NCBI RefSeq assembly: GCF_001194135.2
Contig: NC_068999.1
Span: 31,504,798 to 31,563,922, forward strand
Reading direction: 5' to 3'
Length of the DNA: 59,125 nt
DNA from: Octopus bimaculoides
Lineage: Eukaryota
In this document: piece by piece, positions 25,359 to 35,075 of the stretch
Layout: every line of letters begins with the position of its first letter
How positions within the stretch are numbered: position 1 is the stretch's first letter
Position numbers and translations under genes: made by a program
Notes under the pieces: generated by a model
What the model saw: only the letters and a program-made list of their open reading frames with translations
What the model was told of the DNA's origin: nothing
The model's database searches: none

Positions 25359-26144
25359 GAGGAGGAGGAGGAGGAGGAGGAGGAAGGGGGAAGGGGGGGA
25401 GAGCATGTTGTTATTCTGGTCGTTTTTCTTTATGTCGCTTTTGTTGTTTTCATCGGGTCCAGTAATAATACATCACACCAATCCGTTTGTAAAATCTTTT
25501 CAGTTCAAATAGTACAGAGTCCTATTTGGCTCTGTTCTAGGAGATAGAGAAGGCGGGAGAGGTTATAAGATATTAATCAATCTCCCTGGGTAATATAGTG
25601 GGAGATATTATCTCCTACTTATCCTCTCTCCTAAACCATTTTACACTGTACCTTAANNNNNNNNNNNNNNNNNNNNNNNNNNNNNNNNNNNNNNNNNNNN
25701 NNNNNNNNNNNNNNNNNNNNNNNNNNNNNNNNNNNNNNNNNNNNNNNNNNNNNNNNNNNNNNNNNNNNNNNNNNNNNNNNNNNNNNNNNNNNNNNNNNNN
25801 NNNNNNNNNNNNNNNNNNNNNNNNNNNNNNNNNNNNNNNNNNNNNNNNNNNNNNNNNNNNNNNNNNNNNNNNNNNNNNNNNNNNNNNNNNNNNNNNNNNN
25901 NNNNNNNNNNNNNNNNNNNNNNNNNNNNNNNNNNNNNNNNNNNNNNNNNNNNNNNNNNNNNNNNNNNNNNNNNNNNNNNNNNNNNNNNNNNATACATGCA
26001 TACAGACAGACATACACATATATACATATACACATATATATACATATATATGTATGTGTCTATATATGCATATATGTCTATAGATATAATGAATGTATAT
26101 TTATGCATATGTATGTCCCCGTCTATGTGTATGCGTGTGTGTGT

Positions 26145-26194
<50 letters not shown>

Positions 26195-27079
26195 GCGCAC
26201 GCACGCATGCATGCGTATAAAAATGAGATCAATCCGTTGTTTTTCTGTGATTTGACAATAGTATTGACACAATAGGTCTTAGCTGTGTTTCTGTTCTAAT
26301 TACGATGTCGGTTTCATGCTATGACAATAAAATACGCAATGGCTTTGTGATGTAACAAATATGCCTAGATATATCACAGTGATTTAGCTTATAAGAAGTG
26401 TATTGTCTGTGTTTATGAAAATGTCGATATTTATTAGTTATTATAATGGCTGTATACACGAAGAAAAAAGCCATTATTGATTATATTTAATACAATGCTT
26501 ATCTGCAAGCCTTTAGGAAGTGGAGAGGTAAGTGGGGGAAGGTATGAAGTAATTTATATCTCGAAAATATCTGAAGGAACGTCGTAAATTGTGGCACTAA
26601 ACTCTGTGTAAATATCCAAACTAGGTACTACGGCAGGTCAAGGAAGCATCTAAGGCTCCTTGTACGCGGTCATTTGACTTACTGCAAATTTTTCTGAAAA
26701 CACTCTCTCTTGTCTTAAAAAAGGAAGGGCATATTGCATAATTTTGCGTAATGTTTCAAAAGAGCTAGATGGTCACACCTGGAATGGCTACTGACCACAT
26801 CTCTACTCGATGAAGTTAGATATGATTAAACTACCATCAGCAATAACAACTAAAATTTAGTCTTCCATCCGAGTTAGAATGATATATTACAATAAATCCA
26901 AAGTTTAACAGCAGAAGCTCTTAAATACCTCGAGTATAAAAGATTTGCGTGGAGATAATATCAACACATTCAAACTTCAGTTTCAGAGCCGATTGTATAA
27001 GATAGTGAACAAACCTACTTCACAGCAATAGGAACACACATGAAGGCAGCAGCTTACCTCATTCATAGTGATAGAAACA

Positions 27080-27375
27080 TATGTATGAGCGCAGTCATTC
27101 ATTTAGGGCAGTAAACATTAACACCGTTTGATAGGAACATACATAACACAACACAAAGACTGCCTACTACATTTTTTGACAGATAAATATATAACAGTAT
27201 ACAGCATTGCTTGATAGGAACATACACAACACTACACATGTTTGATAAGTATATACATAACATATAACTACAGTTTTTGGTAAGAATATATATTTCACAA
27301 TTCACATGCTTGTAAGTATTGACACATGGCAACCTACCTTGTTTGATAGATAGTAATAAATACATAACGTAGTAC
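27080..27375. repeat. Degenerate ~35-40-bp minisatellite
   Basis: Recurrent TTGATAGGAACATACA-like units. Confidence 0.55.
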
Positions 27376-27419
27376 ATTAAGTTTGTCTCTCGCTTTTAAC
27401 TTCTGCCGCTTCCACCCCA

Positions 27420-27750
27420 TCAGATACGATTTCCTCATCGTAACTGATGACATCTTTTGGCATCAGTTGGTATCTTCTGACGTCTGTTGATTTCCTTAGA
27501 TATCTGTTGACATCTGCAGGCATCTCTTATCTTCTGATAACTTTTGGTATCTTCTAACATTCCTCGATATCACTTGACAACTGTTGACAATGATGACATC
27601 TGTTGACACAGCTGCGTCTCTTGGTATGCAGGTATCAGTAGCCGTCTGTCAATATTGTTGAAACTGTTGACATCTCTTCACATTACTAATATTGGTAGCA
27701 TACGCTGATATGTTTGATACTGATATTGTTAACATCTGCTGACATTGTTT
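27420..27750. repeat. Degenerate short-period repeat (CTGTTGACATC-like)
   Basis: Repeated TGTTGACA, GACATCT and GGTATCTTCT motifs. Confidence 0.6.
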
Positions 27751-28029
27751 TGAGTGAACTTATGATTTATCAGTAATTATTTTAATTGGTGCCTCAACTC
27801 AGTATCGTACTCTAATAAATTCACTATAACAACGTATATTATTATATTTCTGTTGTAGTGTTTATGTTTAGAAATAGGAAAGAAGATACGAAATAGTTTA
27901 TGTGTGCGTGTGTGCGTGTGTGCGTGCGTGTGTGCATGCGTGCGTGTGTATGTGTGTGCATGCGTGTTTATGTGTATGTGTGAATCTAAACATGCATACC
28001 ATACATTTTAATAAATCTAAGTAGATTAT

Positions 28030-28708
28030 ATTCATATAGTAATGGTTTGTTGCCAACTTAATGTGACAGTCCCAGGAAAGGTAAAAATGCTACTGCTATT
28101 TACCCCCAAGAAACACCGTTTCTAGTTGGTTACGTGACACAAGTGTTCTGGAGTAGCTTGGATTTGCTAGCTACAGTGCTAAATCGGTGTTGAAAACTTA
28201 TAGAATTTCAAGTGAAATGAATTCACTAATCTACAAAATTAGAAATATTGCATTTCTAAATCTCTCTGCAGTAGCAGCATGATAAAGTGATGGTCTGTTG
28301 CCAACCTAATTGTGGCAGTTCCAGGAAAGGGAAGCATGCTAGTGCTATTTAGCCCCAAGAAACACCGTTTCTAGATTTCTAGTTGGCTACGTGACATAAA
28401 CGTTCTGTGTCCTTAAGTTTTCAAACGGGGGAGATAAGCACTTCCACCCAACAAAGCTAGCATCCAGAGACTAGTTTCAGGGTAGTTGCTCTTCGTCAGT
28501 CTAGAGTAGCTTGGCTTTGCTAGCTGTCGGTGCTAAATCGCTGTTGAAAACTTTATCATGCTGCTACTGCATAACTGTCTTTGAGAGATTTAGAAATGCA
28601 TTATTTCTAATTTTGTAGATCAGTGAATTTATTTCACTTGAAATTCTATAGGTTTTCAACACCGATTTAGCACTGACAGCTAGCAAAACCAAGCTACACT
28701 CCAGACTG
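28030..28708 (-). mobile_element. Penelope-like non-coding element: partial tandem units plus an inverted terminal segment
   Basis: 28030-28130 is repeated at 28288-28410, and 28130-28178 at 28502-28551. 28128-28287 is inverted at 28551-28708. Hammerhead at 28463-28505. Confidence 0.7.
28463..28505 (-). ncRNA. Minimal type I hammerhead ribozyme, intact core
   Basis: Minus strand UCUAGA-CUGACGA-AGAG-CAACUA-CCCU-GAAAC-UA-GUC^-UCUGGA. Stem I pairs 6/6 (one G-U), stem II 3/4, and stem III is the palindrome ACUAGU. Predicted cleavage is between 28469 and 28468. Confidence 0.8.
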
Positions 28709-28775
28709 TAAATTATTTACTATATATATGTTTATATAAACAGCAGTTTGCAATGTTTCACCAAAAGGGGGAATG

Positions 28776-29009
28776 ATAATTGTCACTAAATGTGATTAAA
28801 GTGTTAGAAAACACATACATTGCAAGAAATAAGAGCTAAAATGCACTAATGTTGTAGTCAATGCACATAAATGTAAAGATGTACACTAACAATTTACGAT
28901 CGAAATTTTAGTGTGTATGTTTACATTTATGTGCATTGGAGCTTTTTAGCTCTTATTTCTAACAATAGAGGTGTTTTCTAACACCCTAGTTACATTTAGT
29001 GACAATTAT
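28776..29009. repeat. ~235-bp imperfect palindrome (foldback/MITE-like)
   Basis: ATAATTGTCACTAAATGT...GTACACTAA (28776-28890) against TTAGTGTGT...ACATTTAGTGACAATTAT (28908-29009), with a short central spacer. Confidence 0.8.
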
Positions 29010-29019
29010 ATATATGTAA

Positions 29020-29260
29020 AAACCATTTGCCAACATAATGTAGCAGTCCTGGTTGGGACGATTGTTACTGTTATTTAGCCACAAGAAACATCGTCTCCAG
29101 TTGACTATACGACACACTATCTGCGCCCTTATATTTTCGAACAAGGAAGTTTAGCGTCCCCACTCAGCTCAAAGCAATATCTGCGTACCAATAGTTTCTG
29201 GGTTATTTCTCTTCATCAGCACAGAATAGCTGCTCGGCTAGAGATTATGCCACTACACTC
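29020..29260 (-). mobile_element. Third subfamily unit of the hammerhead-led Penelope-like repeat
   Basis: TTGCCAACATAATGTAGCAGTCC...TTTAGCCACAAGAAACATCGTCTCCAGTTGACTA is homologous to the 11021 and 28288 arms. Confidence 0.65.
29180..29225 (-). ncRNA. Minimal type I hammerhead ribozyme motif, stem II decayed
   Basis: UCUGUG-CUGAUGA-AGAG-AAAUAA-CCCA-GAAAC-UAUUG-GUA^-CGCAGA. Stem I pairs 6/6, the core is intact, and stem II pairs 2/4. Confidence 0.6.
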
Positions 29261-29342
29261 TTGTTCGAAATATATACTTTTCAAAGTGACGCAGTCAGTT
29301 TCTATTTATATGTATATATATATATATGTATATATATGTATG

Positions 29343-29373
<31 letters not shown>

Positions 29374-29562
29374 NNNNNNNNNNNNNNNNNNNNNNNNNNN
29401 NNNNNNNNNNNNNNNNNNNNNNNNNNNNNNNNNNNNNNNNNNNNNNNNNNNNNNNNNNNNNNNNNNNNNNNNNNNNNNNNNNNNNNNNNNNNNNNNNNNN
29501 NNNNNNNNNNNNCGTGAAACTCTGAGTAACAACTTTTGTTATATTTCTGCTGCTTTTAAATA

Positions 29563-29599
<37 letters not shown>

Positions 29600-29600
<1 letters not shown>

Positions 29601-30012
29601 GAGATTTTTCATCAACAGGGGAGTCCAGTGTAATCCATGGGCAGGAGAGGTGCAGCTGAAGTGTACGATAGTAGAAAGTCCAGGTAGAGAATCCGTAAAT
29701 GTTCGCCGGTTGATGAGAGGAGACAGAATCAACTGGTGCGACCACGTGAGCGTGTAATATATGAGAAGAATTCACAAAAAAGACAAAAGACAAAAGACAA
29801 AGACAAGTGGTGTAGACAACAAACAGATGTATTAGGTTAACGCTCGGGAAGTGAAAAAGGTCTTTAACGTTTTGAGCTTACGCTCTTCCACAGAAAGGAA
29901 TTTTCTCTTCTTGTTTCTTTCTGTGTTCCTTTCTGTGGAAGAGCGTAGGCTCGAAACGTTAAAGATTTTTTCACTTGCTGAGCGTTAAACTAATACATCT
30001 ATTTGTTGTCTA
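29600..30012. mobile_element. Second Penelope-like family: ~88-bp inverted arms, each carrying a variant hammerhead-like motif
   Basis: 29812-29898 and 29925-30012 are reverse complements with a ~27-bp spacer. CTTT-CTGTGGAA-GAGC-GTAG-GCTC-GAAAC-GTT-AAAG lies at 29929-29964 (+), with an antisense copy at ~29860-29895. Confidence 0.6.
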
Positions 30013-30143
30013 TATAATAGAGATGTGTGAATATTCGTTTTTCACGCGAAGACGGCTTCACCAATTGCTTCCATACATGTGATGCATGAATAATTTGACC
30101 TCGGACATATGTTAGGCTCTTCAAACTGGACAGACAAACACAA

Positions 30144-30223
<80 letters not shown>

Positions 30224-30269
30224 ACACACACACACACACACACACAACACAACACACACACACATATAT

Positions 30270-30615
30270 ATATACGACGAGCTTCTTTCTATTTCCGTCT
30301 ACCAAACATGCTCAAGGCTTTAGTTGACCTGATGCTATACTTGAAGGCATGATAGATCGCTAGCCACTAAACCTTTTTCTATTTTTCTCCCTGTTTATTT
30401 CTGCGTTCCTTTCTGTCGAAGAGCGTAGGCTCGAAACGTAAAAGACTTTCTCACTTTCCAAGCGTTAAACTAATACATATGTTGGTTGTTTACACACCCG
30501 TCTTCGTCTTTTGTTTCTTTTTTGTTTTTCTTTGTAAATTCTCACTATACTAGAAGACACTTTGCACAAGGTGCCACGCAGTGGGACTGAACCCAGAACT
30601 ATGTGATTGAGAAAC
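30270..30615 (-). mobile_element. tRNA-SINE S1 5' half interrupted by a Penelope-like insert
   Basis: S1 segments at 30270-30341 and 30545-30615 flank the insert; CTATACT at 30335-30341 and 30545-30551. Confidence 0.65.
30342..30551 (+). mobile_element. Penelope-like insert with a variant hammerhead-like motif (30409-30444) and a 7-bp candidate TSD
   Basis: CTTT-CTGTCGAA-GAGC-GTAG-GCTC-GAAAC-GTA-AAAG; same family as 29925-30012. Confidence 0.6.
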
Positions 30616-31043
30616 ACACACATGCACATACAGACAACACACATTATTCATGCGCACAACCTCCATGTGTATTCACAATACATACAGACACACCTACGCA
30701 CATTTAATCACACGCATATATATTTAAATCTCTTTAGTTCTTTATACAAACGTATATTGATATATTAATTCGACTTTGTAATTTTAAGTGAACAGCGATC
30801 ATATTCTCTGAAGCAGTGTCTGGGTGATACTGTTGTCACACTTTGAGTAGAAGTTCAACGCAATCTCATTTATAAAACAACAAATAAACATCGTTTCCAA
30901 ATATACACATATTTTATATTTATCATTTTTGCTAGTTTCATCCACATCACGAAATATCATCGTCATTTTTCTATATTTTCATCTTATTACACACCCACAC
31001 AAATGCGTGTCTTTATATATGCACACACCCCTCCCCATGCATA

Positions 31044-31131
<88 letters not shown>

Positions 31132-31145
31132 TTATTATTATTATT

Positions 31146-31444
31146 GAGATGGTGAGATGGCAGAATCGTTATCACGCCGGACGAAATGTTTAGCGGTATT
31201 TCGTCTATCTCCACACGTTCTGAGTTCTAATTCCGCCGNNNNNNNNNNNNNNNNNNNNNNNNNNNNNNNNNNNNNNNNNNNNNNNNNNNNNNNNNNNNNN
31301 NGGTAGACTTTGCCTTTCATCCTTTCGGGGTCGATTAAATAAGTACCAGTTGCGCTCTGGGGTCGATGTAATCGGCTTAATCCCTTTATCTGTCCTTGTT
31401 TGTCCCCTCTATGTTTAGCCCTCTGTGGACAATAAAGAAATAAA

Positions 31445-31445
<1 letters not shown>
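31146..31445 (+). mobile_element. tRNA-SINE S2 with a Tx1-like 3' tail, between two (ATT)n arrays
   Basis: A-box-like TGGCAGAATCGTT, B-box-like GAGTTCTAATTCC, an internal gap, and the tail TTGTCCCCTCTATGTTTAGCCCTCTGTGGACAATAAAGAAAT. Confidence 0.8.
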
Positions 31446-31501
<56 letters not shown>

Positions 31502-31509
31502 CATCATTA

Positions 31510-31915
31510 TTATTATTGCCTTTGCACAGCTTCTAACGCTGGAGATGTATTACAGTGTCAGCTGTTCACTACCAGTGAACTAAGGTAACACCTCTTATTT
31601 TTCGAGCACCTTCCGGAGTATTCGGGCGGTTCCAAACAGTGCTGTTTTCTGCAAGTCTTCCACCCTTATTGCAGCCTCTATTTGTTCCATGTACTTCTCG
31701 AGATTTTTGCTCACTGCTCCCAGGGCTCTGAGAGTTATTGGTACTACGGCTACCTTTTTCATCGACCACAAGTACTTAACTTCCCAAGCTAACCTGTCAT
31801 ATCTCTGAACTTTTCTTTCTTCCTTATCGCATACCTTGTTGTCAGCTGGGCATGTTATCTCTATGATCCAGCATAGTTTGTTTTCTTTCTCAATTAAGAC
31901 TATGTCTGGCGTAGC
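31510..31915 (-). mobile_element. R4/Dong-like LINE, short 5'-truncated RLE C-terminus and 3' UTR
   Basis: PDIVLIEKENKLCWIIEITCPADNKV...AVVPITLRALGAVSK...LQKTALFGTARILRKVLEK*; the 3' end abuts (AAT)n. Confidence 0.85.
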
Positions 31916-33060
31916 GAGCTTACTACCTGAAGGCTACGGCACCATGCTATCCATTCTCTTCAACTATCAAATACTTTCCTGGTTATTTTGTCCGTGCCAA
32001 AGAGGCAAAACTTTTGTAACAGCGCACTCTATTCCAGTTTCCTTTATATTTCTCTTGATGCCTTCTGATACTGTTTCCAAGGACCCAACAACAATTGACA
32101 CTATCTTCACCTTCTTCATTTTCCATAGACGGGCTATTTGATACTTAAGAGCGTTGTATCTATCTATATTTTTGCCTTCCTTCTTGACTATTTGTGGGCC
32201 AAAGGGGCATGCAACATCAACTATATAGCATAAGTGGTGCACCTTGTCCACGACAACTAGGTCCGGTCTGTTATGCTTTAGCATTTGATCTGTTTGGTTT
32301 GGAAAATCCCAGCGGTTTTTGCTAGTCTCCGATTCCGCCACACTGCAGTTTGTACTCATACCAGGTCTCTAACCCCCACTTTTCGCACAGTTTTTAATGT
32401 AGCACTTCCGCTACCTGGTCGTGTCACCACAACTTGTAGTGGTTTGGGGAAAACCTAGGGTATTCGTTCGTGATATGGGTAATGGTTTCATCCACCCCAC
32501 TGCAGATGCGGCACAGCGGAGACACTTGCTCATTCCTAAGGTTGACTCTCCAGTTCGTGATCAAAGCTTGGTCTTGCACTGCCAATATGGTGCTCTCGGT
32601 CCCTTTTTTTAAGGTTCCTTTCATCAGCCAATCCCACTTATTTTTTCCAGCAACTTCTGTTCTGGCTGCATGGAATTGACTGTGTAGTCCCCTCTTGCGT
32701 AATTCTTTTACATGTCTTTTTGTACTTCTTCATTTGATTTCCCCTTTTTTCTCTGCTCGCAATTCTCCCTCATTCCTAACTGTTACTAGCAAGGTTTCCT
32801 TACTTTGGGCTAGGTATCCCATTAAGCTCTTGAGTTCGATACGCACGCAATCTTCCACATTTATCAGTCGCCTTCCTCTATTTGCTCTATTCATGTATAG
32901 ACGATCAGTGTCTGCACGTGGAGGATAGGCTCCATGCATCGTTAATAGTTTTCTTGATTTCCTGTCCAACTCCTTTAGCTCCTCTGTCCCCTTCAGGATT
33001 CCAGCCCCATACCGAACTACTGCGACTGTGAAATTATGTTTCTGGTATTCAGCTTTGCAG
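31916..33060 (-). mobile_element. R4/Dong-like LINE 3' fragment, head-to-tail with the preceding copy
   Basis: DRKSRKLLTMHGAYPPRADTDRLY; GTESTILAVQDQAL; CRICSGVDETITHITNE; HNRPDLVVVDKVHHLCYIVDVACPF. Confidence 0.85.
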
Positions 33061-33113
33061 CCAAAAATTTTTCCTCACTCACCGCAGGTACTCTCTTTTT
33101 ATTATTATTATTG

Positions 33114-33144
<31 letters not shown>

Positions 33145-33145
<1 letters not shown>

Positions 33146-33420
33146 TCAAACAGTTTGATCCAGCTCCGTGCGACTTTACGTTTTGCGAGCTTCAAGCCGC
33201 AACCCGTTTTTTTTTTCAGGCTTAGACTTATTGAATGGAGAGTAACAGCTTCCTGTCCAGCCTCGCGGTCCAAGAAATACCTTTTTCTAAAGGAACTGGT
33301 GTCGCTGAAACACCATGTGACCTGCTTTGATGAATACCAACCCAATTTCCAGTATCTATCTTGGGCTTCCAGTGCCTCTCCATTCTGTAATCTAAGCCTG
33401 AAATAGACGGGTTTCTGCTA
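33145..33420 (-). mobile_element. Possible decayed LINE RT N-terminal fragment
   Basis: KPEKKTGC...VARSWIKLFE loosely recalls the EQKGC...VPHSWI motifs; abuts (ATT)n. Confidence 0.3.
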
Positions 33421-33784
33421 GAAGCCCGCGAAGCTTCAAGTTACATGGAGTCGAATAATACATGTAATCCTTACAAAATGTAATGAAAGCCTTTTTCTCT
33501 CATTTGTCCACTCACTCAGATAATATGTATATATGAAATGAACTGTTAACACGATGTATGACTCGATTATGTTTCTTTACGCCTTGAATTTCGTTCTCCT
33601 TTAGAAAAAGACTTTGGTTTTTCCTAAACATTTAATTAATAGGCTTTATTGATATATGTTTTAATATATGTCTACATGTGAACATACGTATATAAGCATG
33701 TGTGCATATGTATACATGTATGCATATATGTACATACGAAAATATAATTCTGTGTATATATGAGTATCTATGTGTGGTTGGTTC

Positions 33785-33895
33785 ATTGGCACTCCGTCGC
33801 TTACGACGTCGAGGGTTCCAGTTGATCCGATCAACGGAACAGCCTGCTCGTGAAATTAACGTGCAAGTGGCTGAGCACTATCGGAACGCTCACGG
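33785..33895 (-). mobile_element. SINE S3 distal fragment
   Basis: TTGGCACTCCGTCGCTTACGACGTCGAGGGTTCCAGTTGATCCGATCAACGGAACAG matches 21665-21770. Confidence 0.75.
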
Positions 33896-34115
33896 GTACA
33901 TCGACGACAGATTAAAAACCCAGAAGTCCGCCAAATACCACTGAGTAACCATCTAGCAACATGTGGTCATCAAACTTTTATTATATTTCCATTCCATAAA
34001 CTTTACAACCGGAATGAAATTGAAAGAAAATGCAAAGAAAAGGACTTTATTAAGAAATTCAAACCCACTCTTAACAAACAATGATTAAATCCATCTTACT
34101 TGGGGTTTAAAAATC

Positions 34116-34835
34116 NNNNNNNNNNNNNNNNNNNNNNNNNNNNNNNNNNNNNNNNNNNNNNNNNNNNNNNNNNNNNNNNNNNNNNNNNNNNNNNNNNNNN
34201 NNNNNNNNNNNNNNNNNNNNNNNNNNNNNNNNNNNNNNNNNNNNNNNNNNNNNNNNNNNNNNNNNNNNNNNNNNNNNNNNNNNNNNNNNNNNNNNNNNNN
34301 NNNNNNNNNNNNNNNNNNNNNNNNNNNNNNNNNNNNNNNNNNNNNNNNNNNNNNNNNNNNNNNNNNNNNNNNNNNNNNNNNNNNNNNNNNNNNNNNNNNN
34401 NNNNNNNNNNNNNNNNNNNNNNNNNNNNNNNNNNNNNNNNNNNNNNNNNNNNNNNNNNNNNNNNNNNNNNNNNNNNNNNNNNNNNNNNNNNNNNNNNNNN
34501 NNNNNNNNNNNNNNNNNNNNNNNNNNNNNNNNNNNNNNNNNNNNNNNNNNNNNNNNNNNNNNNNNNNNNNNNNNNNNNNNNNNNNNNNNNNNNNNNNNNN
34601 NNNNNNNNNNNNNNNNNNNNNNNNNNNNNNNNNNNNNNNNNNNNNNNNNNNNNNNNNNNNNNNNNNNNNNNNNNNNNNNNNNNNNNNNNNNNNNNNNNNN
34701 NNNNNNNNNNNNNNNNNNNNNNNNNNNNNNNNNNNNNNNNNNNNNNNNNNNNNNNNNNNNNNNNNNNNNNNNNNNNNNNNNNNNNNNNNNNNNNNNNNNN
34801 NNNNNNNNNNNNNNNNNNNNNNNNNNNNNNNNNNN
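34116..34835. other. Largest assembly gap (N run); other gaps near 10766, 16522, 18087, 25657, 29374, 31239, 38896, 41152 and 43487
   Basis: Runs of n; they generate the poly-X ORFs. Confidence 0.99.
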
Positions 34836-34964
34836 TATATATGATTATATGTATGCTTTTGCACAGGTGCATGCAAAATGAACACCCACATACACATTTA
34901 TGTTAACGTAGGTTCCGCGCTGAAAATTTCTAATAAACAAAATTGATGACTTCTAAGACAACTG

Positions 34965-35075
34965 AAGGCGCGGCGAATAGTGGTCGGAGAGTTGCATTCA
35001 GACGATCGTAGGTTCGATTCCCGGACCGGTCGGCGCATTGCGTTCTTGAACAAAACACTTTATTTCACGTTACTT
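34965..35075 (+). mobile_element. SINE S3 tRNA-like head
   Basis: B box GGTTCGATTCCC followed by the core CAAAACACTTTATTTCACG. Confidence 0.6.

Noticed and set aside
34965-35030. tRNA gene
   Set aside because: A B box is present, but there is no cloverleaf and it runs into the SINE core, so it is a SINE head.
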